64,000 nucleotides of DNA, taken from contig CAWGLD010000001.1 in the NCBI GenBank assembly GCA_963823335.1, positions 1,056,001 through 1,120,000 of the forward strand, written 5' to 3'. The DNA comes from an uncultured delta proteobacterium. GTDB lineage: Bacteria > Desulfobacterota > Desulfobacteria > Desulfobacterales > B30-G6. Made by a program: the position numbers and the translations under genes. Positions 58,912 to 64,000 of the stretch are shown piece after piece. Each line of letters begins with the position of its first letter. The stretch's first letter is position 1. The notes under the pieces are model-generated. The model was not told the origin of the DNA and did not search any database. It saw only the letters and a list, made by a program, of their open reading frames with translations.

Positions 58912-61329
58912 ATGAAAAAACATGCTAGAGTCGTTGTCATCGGCGGTGGTGCCATTGGTGTAAGCGTGGCTTATCACCTGGCAAGATATGGTTGGCAGGA
59001 TGTGGTCCTGGTTGAAAAACACGAACTGACTTCAGGGTCCACCTGGATGGCTGCTGGGAACTGCTCTTTTTTTCATGGGAATTATTATTGCACCCAGGTT
59101 AATATGAAAAGCATCGAATTGTACCAGCAACTGGAAAAGGAAACGGGGCAGTCTGTGGGCTGGCACACCACCGGATCCATAAGGACGGCTGACAATCCGG
59201 GTCGAATGGAAGAGCTTGGGTACATTTACAGCATGAACCGCTGTTTGGGATTGGATGTGAACTGGGTGACTCCGGAAGACATGGCGAAGATGCATCCACT
59301 GCTCAACGCGGATGGTTTTATCGGAGGTCTTTACTGGCCTGATGACGGCGATGTCGATCCCAATGGCATCACCATGGCCATGAGTATGGGAGCTAAAAAA
59401 TTTGGTGCGGAGATTAATACTCACACCCGTGTGACCGACATCGAGCAGACCCCTTCCGGCGAATGGCGGGTGCACACCGACAAGGGTGACATCACCTGTG
59501 AGGTTGTGGTCAACGCTGCAGGCCTCTGGGCACCGCAGGTTGCTAAAATGGTAGGTCTGGAGATTCCCTCTATCGCGGGTGAACATACCCACATTCTATT
59601 TGAAACAATTAATGCCGTGGAAGAGCGAGACAGTTATCTACCTCTGGTGCGTGATCCCGACCGCTCCATATACATACGTCAGGAAATGGACAGCCTGATC
59701 CTGGGTCTGTACGAAAGCAAGGTTAAACAGTGGCATCCTGAAGGCGTACCCTGGGATTATGCACAGAACGAGTTGCAACCGGACATCGATCACATCGCAG
59801 ACTTTATCGAAAACGGCATCTATCGTTTTCCCATCATGGGCGAAACCGGTTTCAAACATGTCACCGACGGACCCATTACCTACACTCCGAATGGAGATCC
59901 GCTGGTGGGACCGGCTTATCCACTAAAAAATTTCTATCACGCCTGCGGCTACAGCTTCGGTATTACCCAGGCAGGGGGTATCGGCCACTACCTGGCAGGC
60001 TGGATCATGGAAGGCGAACCAGAAATCGACCTGTGGCCGGTAGACAGCCGACGTTACGGTGCCTCTGTCAACTGGGCCTACAACCATGAAAAGATCGAAG
60101 ACACCTATCCAAGGCTTTACGCCATTATCTGTCCCAATGATTGGCGGGACGCTGCCCGTCCCAACAGGACCAGCCCCATCTATGAATACCAGAAGCAGGC
60201 GGGTGCTGTTTTTGGAGATTATTACGGATGGGAATGCCCCAACTATTTTACTCAAACAGCGGCGGACAAGCGGGAAACCCCCGGCTGGAGCCGCAACAAT
60301 ACTTTTCCCTATGTGGCAGAAGAGTGTCGGCATGTGATGAATCATGTGGGTTTGCTTGATCTGACCCGTTTTGCAAAGACGAGAATCAGCGGCCCCGGCG
60401 CGGAAAAATGGTTGAACAGTATGACCTGCCAGAAGGTTCCTTCGAAAGAGGGACAGATCGCTTTGAGCCCCATGCTGGATCACAACGGGAATTTCAAATC
60501 CGATATGACCATTACCAAAATTAGGGATGAGGAATATTTCTGTGTGACCGCCAGTGTCGGGAAGCGCCACGACCAGCACTGGCTGATGCAGAATCTGCCG
60601 GAGGATGGTTTGGTGGAAATGACCGATATGACCTATCAACAGGGATGTCTGGTCGTTACGGGACCCAAAAGCCGTGACCTGTTACAGGCTGTTTGTTACG
60701 GTGACCTGTCCGATGAGGTGTTTCCCTTTGGAACCAGCCGGGAAATTTATGTGGGCCGGGTCAAATGCCGGATCAATCGCATGACCTATGTGGGAGAGTT
60801 GGGTTATGAAATATTTCATCCCATCGAACAGCAGATTTCGGTATATTTGGCCCTGACCGGTGCGGGAGATACTTTTGACCTGCGGATGTTTGGTATGTAT
60901 GCCATGGAGTCCATGAGATTGGAGAAAGGCTATCTGGCCTGGAAGAGTGAAATGAATGTTCACCATACACCCCTTGAGACACCCGTGGCCTGGACCGTCA
61001 AATGGGATAAGGATTTCATTGGAAAGCGTGGCCTGGAAAAACAAAAAACTGCCGGAATCCCCCGTCAGTTGGTATGTATGACAGTTGCGGCGGAAGATGC
61101 TGATCCATGGGGCTACAATCCCATTTTTAGCGGTGATGAGATTATCGGCATGACATCATCGGGTGGGTATGGTCATCGCGTGGAGCAAAGCATGGCCCTA
61201 GGATACATACCGCCCGAATTTGCAATCCCTGGAACCCGTTTGGCGGTTGAGGTTCTGGGAAAAAAACTGCCGGCTGAGGTTATGACCATGCCATTGTACG
61301 ACCCTGAAAATAAGCGTATGAAAGTATGA
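58912..61329 (+). CDS. Dimethylglycine/sarcosine dehydrogenase-like flavoprotein (FAD plus GcvT domains)
   Basis: IGGGAIG, LTSGSTWMAAG, DGDVDP, GPITYTPNG, GWECP, YVGELGYE, SMRLEKGY, SGGYGH; AAGGAG RBS before ATG 58912. Confidence 0.88.
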   Translation: MKKHARVVVIGGGAIGVSVAYHLARYGWQDVVLVEKHELTSGSTWMAAGNCSFFHGNYYCTQVNMKSIELYQQLEKETGQSVGWHTTGSIRTADNPGRMEELGYIYSMNRCLGLDVNWVTPEDMAKMHPLLNADGFIGGLYWPDDGDVDPNGITMAMSMGAKKFGAEINTHTRVTDIEQTPSGEWRVHTDKGDITCEVVVNAAGLWAPQVAKMVGLEIPSIAGEHTHILFETINAVEERDSYLPLVRDPDRSIYIRQEMDSLILGLYESKVKQWHPEGVPWDYAQNELQPDIDHIADFIENGIYRFPIMGETGFKHVTDGPITYTPNGDPLVGPAYPLKNFYHACGYSFGITQAGGIGHYLAGWIMEGEPEIDLWPVDSRRYGASVNWAYNHEKIEDTYPRLYAIICPNDWRDAARPNRTSPIYEYQKQAGAVFGDYYGWECPNYFTQTAADKRETPGWSRNNTFPYVAEECRHVMNHVGLLDLTRFAKTRISGPGAEKWLNSMTCQKVPSKEGQIALSPMLDHNGNFKSDMTITKIRDEEYFCVTASVGKRHDQHWLMQNLPEDGLVEMTDMTYQQGCLVVTGPKSRDLLQAVCYGDLSDEVFPFGTSREIYVGRVKCRINRMTYVGELGYEIFHPIEQQISVYLALTGAGDTFDLRMFGMYAMESMRLEKGYLAWKSEMNVHHTPLETPVAWTVKWDKDFIGKRGLEKQKTAGIPRQLVCMTVAAEDADPWGYNPIFSGDEIIGMTSSGGYGHRVEQSMALGYIPPEFAIPGTRLAVEVLGKKLPAEVMTMPLYDPENKRMKV

Positions 61330-61410
61330 ACATTTTCTATAAAGCACCAACCCGAAGTGGGCTTTTGATAAAATCGTGAAACATTTTTTAACCCGTGGAA
61401 AGGTTCGCCG

Positions 61411-62916
61411 ATGAGGAAGCGGAATAAGAAACTCATCAAGCTGTTTGATAATGCAGTTTTCTCGGAAAAAGAATATAATTTTCAGAAAGCGAAGGATTAC
61501 TATCAACAAGTCGTGGTGCTGCACCCAAACAGTCCTGAGGCAGATATCGCCAGGGAGCGAATCCAGGATATGGAGACCCTCTCCAAGGAGAAGGGGATAT
61601 ATCAGCGGATACATGCCAACGCCAAGAGAATACTGACCGAAATCGGCATGGATATATCGGCCAGTCCTGTCTTGATGGAGCTTCTCCTTTCCGCCGATGC
61701 TATTGATACGAATAGTGAACAGGCGTTGTTCATTCCCATAAAGACAGATTATCTGGAAGCCTGTCTGGATGCAGTGCCCAGGGACATGCCGGAAGATCCC
61801 GGTGAAAACGCTTTCGGCACCGGCGCTACGCCACCATTTCTACTCCGCCCTGGAAGAGACGATCTTGCTCCTGCTAATCGTGGGGAATTCGAAGAAATTG
61901 TCAGAAATGCCGCTCAATATGCCGACTCACTGGGCATTTTCAGTATCCCCGTGGCAACGGATAAATCGATTTCCGTTTTTGAGAGCTCCATGATGATGGA
62001 GAAACATTTTCCAGATCTCAAGATGACCTACACTCGAAATATGTCGGACGCCGAGACAGCCTATTTTCAGAACAGAGAGGATTGGATGGATGGTACCAGC
62101 CTGTTGACATCCATGACCTTCATGCCCAACATGGTGGATCCGTTTATAAGAAGTGCCAGGGCCGGCAACAACCTGCTGCTTCTGGATCTCACCATAGCCG
62201 GGGCTTCGGGGCCTGCAAGCCCGGAGGCTCTGCTGACCCAGATACACGCCCAGGTGTTGTTTATGATGATGCTGGCCCAGACCATCCATCCCGGCATCGG
62301 GTGTGTTCATGGGGGTATTCCCGATGTTCTGGGTGTTGGCGGCGATCTTGATTACAGCGATCCGGGGCAGCCGATTATCAATTCTGCCATGGCGCGTCTC
62401 AATCTGTGGGTGACGGGCTTTCCATCGGCTCAATCGGGCGGCAGTACCAGCATCGTCAACGATATACCGGCGGCGGTCGAGGAGTCGGAACGTTCTCGAA
62501 ATACACTGAGATTATATGGCGTGCATATCCTGCGCCATGCTATGGGCGCCATGGGGAACTTGAACTATTTCAGTCTAGAAAAATTTGTGGAGGATTGTAA
62601 GCGCGAAAGAACCGCCAGGTTACAATGGCTCAGGACCCGACATGATTTTGTGGTGCCACTTCACCTGCCGGAAGATCCTGATGCGGTATCGGGAATTCGG
62701 GAAATAGCACAGAAAGGGGGTGCCAAATATGCAGATCACACCCTTAACCATGTGGATGCATTTGCCCGGTGGCACAAGATATTAGAAGCTGCTGGTGAGA
62801 AAAAGGCCTATTTCCCGGAGCTAAGGGATGTCGCCGCGGATATCGGAGAAGAGGTAGAACGCGGTCCCGAAGAAGAAACCATTACCCAACTCCAGGAGAC
62901 CTTCCTTAAAAGCTAA
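61411..62916 (+). CDS. Divergent MttB-family protein with N-terminal TPR-like extension
   Basis: YQQVVVLHPNSPEA TPR-like; IHANAKRILTEIG, FGTG, AGASGPASPE, GFPSAQSGGS, HAMG..FSLEKF MttB-like landmarks. Confidence 0.7.
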   Translation: MRKRNKKLIKLFDNAVFSEKEYNFQKAKDYYQQVVVLHPNSPEADIARERIQDMETLSKEKGIYQRIHANAKRILTEIGMDISASPVLMELLLSADAIDTNSEQALFIPIKTDYLEACLDAVPRDMPEDPGENAFGTGATPPFLLRPGRDDLAPANRGEFEEIVRNAAQYADSLGIFSIPVATDKSISVFESSMMMEKHFPDLKMTYTRNMSDAETAYFQNREDWMDGTSLLTSMTFMPNMVDPFIRSARAGNNLLLLDLTIAGASGPASPEALLTQIHAQVLFMMMLAQTIHPGIGCVHGGIPDVLGVGGDLDYSDPGQPIINSAMARLNLWVTGFPSAQSGGSTSIVNDIPAAVEESERSRNTLRLYGVHILRHAMGAMGNLNYFSLEKFVEDCKRERTARLQWLRTRHDFVVPLHLPEDPDAVSGIREIAQKGGAKYADHTLNHVDAFARWHKILEAAGEKKAYFPELRDVAADIGEEVERGPEEETITQLQETFLKS

Positions 62917-62947
62917 CCCGAACATTTCATGAAATATTCCGGGCTAA
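62914..62947. repeat. Internally deleted family A repeat
   Basis: TAACCCGAACATTTCA-TGAAATATTCCGGGCTAA; right arm closely matches 18401-18417. Confidence 0.65.
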
Positions 62948-62963
62948 GACGAGTATTTGAGGA

Positions 62964-62988
62964 CATTTGCCGAAAGACGTTCGGTCTA
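62964..62988. repeat. Family B repeat arm
   Basis: CATTTGCCGAAAGACGTTCGGTCTA vs 57726 CATTTGTCAAATAACGTTCGGTTTA (20/25). Confidence 0.45.
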
Positions 62989-62989
62989 A

Positions 62990-64000
62990 TCAGTTTGCCT
63001 CCATCAATTTCTCACCATTTTCTCTGATTTTGCGGATCGCCGACAAGGTTTTATCAGCGAGGGCTGGTGACTCATGAGTCTCGAGAATCTCTTGCAGTTT
63101 TTCCTGGATCACGGCAGCCAGATCTTTGGAGCCTGCCTGGTGCCATGTCTCGCGGGGCTCTCGTGTCATCAAACCCGGCACCCAGAGTTCATCCTTAAAA
63201 TGTTCAAGGGTATGGGTTTCCTGTAAGAAATGCCCGCCGGGCCCCACGTTTTCAATCACTTTACGAGCTAGTGTTTCCTGATTGACCGTAATGCCACGGA
63301 TGAAGCGTTTGGTCATGCCGATATTTTCATTGCCCAAAACCAGTTGAGCCGTCGAGCAAATCATACCGTTGTCCATATAGCCCACGTCATGGATCAGGTT
63401 GAGACCGCCAAGACCTTGGGCCAGAATCGAAAAGGCCGACTCGGCACCGGCTTGTGCATCCAGTACTTTCGCACCTGTTGACCCAGCTAAGCCCCATGTG
63501 GGCAAGCCAAAAGACAATGCCACTTCGGCCTGAGCCGCCAGGGCCAGACTCATTTCAGGGCATGCCAGGGACAGAAGTCCGGAGGACATGTCTAATGCAC
63601 CGAAATTACATCCCATACTGCAAGGACATCCTGGATTCCTGAGTTGGGCCAGCACAACGCACATGAGGGCTTCCGCCGTTCCCTGGACAAGTCCACCAGC
63701 AAGGGTCACCGGGGCTGTCGCCCCGAATTGGATCGATGGGCCCTGCATTTGAGGCAGATTCAGGTCGGCACATGCGAAAATCCTGTCGACGACATCTGCG
63801 GGATGGACCAGGGGAGATATGGGTTCGGGATAGAAAATGAGAAAAGGGCGATCCTGGAGATTTTCCAGTCCCCCGGCAACTTCCGCCGCCATTTCATACA
63901 CCAGTTCCACGCCTTTAGGCGTGTAGCCGATAAAGACAATGGGCTTGGTGGTATTTGTTACAACGGCTTCAAATTCATACAGGTCTGCAACGGTAGGTGG
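62990..64000 (-). CDS. Non-pyrrolysine MttB-family methyltransferase (5' end outside the window)
   Basis: Frame open to 64000 (PPTVADLYEF..NTTKPI); YPEPISPL, GATAPVTLAG, GLAGSTGAK, HDVGYMD, VGPGGHFL. Confidence 0.9.
   Translation of the reverse strand, partial: PPTVADLYEFEAVVTNTTKPIVFIGYTPKGVELVYEMAAEVAGGLENLQDRPFLIFYPEPISPLVHPADVVDRIFACADLNLPQMQGPSIQFGATAPVTLAGGLVQGTAEALMCVVLAQLRNPGCPCSMGCNFGALDMSSGLLSLACPEMSLALAAQAEVALSFGLPTWGLAGSTGAKVLDAQAGAESAFSILAQGLGGLNLIHDVGYMDNGMICSTAQLVLGNENIGMTKRFIRGITVNQETLARKVIENVGPGGHFLQETHTLEHFKDELWVPGLMTREPRETWHQAGSKDLAAVIQEKLQEILETHESPALADKTLSAIRKIRENGEKLMEAN

Noticed and set aside
59923-60639. 238-aa minus-strand ORF and similar shadows at 16268, 17060, 47192 and 56227
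   Set aside because: Fully antisense to well-supported genes.
30342-64000. Pyrrolysine (in-frame TAG) in the MttB genes
   Set aside because: All four read through the Pyl-equivalent region with sense codons; no pylT/pylS seen.
1-64000. CRISPR array, rRNA, tRNA, transposase or prophage genes
   Set aside because: No regularly spaced repeats or recognisable signatures seen by eye; nearly all sequence is accounted for by CDS.

Overview
Chromosomal window from a dissimilatory sulfate reducer, judged from gene content to be Desulfobacterota (probably Desulfobacterales). It carries a complete dsrTMKJOP operon. The left end has a c-di-GMP-linked cluster (methyltransferase, B12 radical SAM, V4R-like/GAF/HD-GYP, PilZ protein, LolA-like and DUF1302-like proteins). 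The rest is dominated by amino-acid and onium-compound metabolism: hydroxyproline dehydratase HypD and its activase, an acyl-CoA dehydrogenase pair, lrp-dapL-lysA, four pyrrolysine-free MttB-family methyltransferases with one corrinoid protein, kbl-tdh, fused hisHF, an AOR-family enzyme, rocD-arcE-arcC, soxBDAG with a FAD oxidoreductase and etfBA, and a dimethylglycine-dehydrogenase-like gene. Best candidates for undescribed systems: (1) an operon of a SerK/SbnI-type free serine kinase, a catalytically degenerate ACT-ACT-SerB and a PAS-GGDEF cyclase; (2) an Alma1 (DMSP lyase)-like protein paired with a non-Pyl MttB; (3) an ArcE arginine-synthetase operon under a GntR regulator with a duplicated 16-bp operator; (4) an ETF-linked anaerobic betaine/sarcosine demethylation island containing a TPR-fused, divergent MttB-like protein. 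I saw no tRNA, rRNA, CRISPR array or transposase. Family calls come from motif recognition and recalled reference sequences, not database searches.
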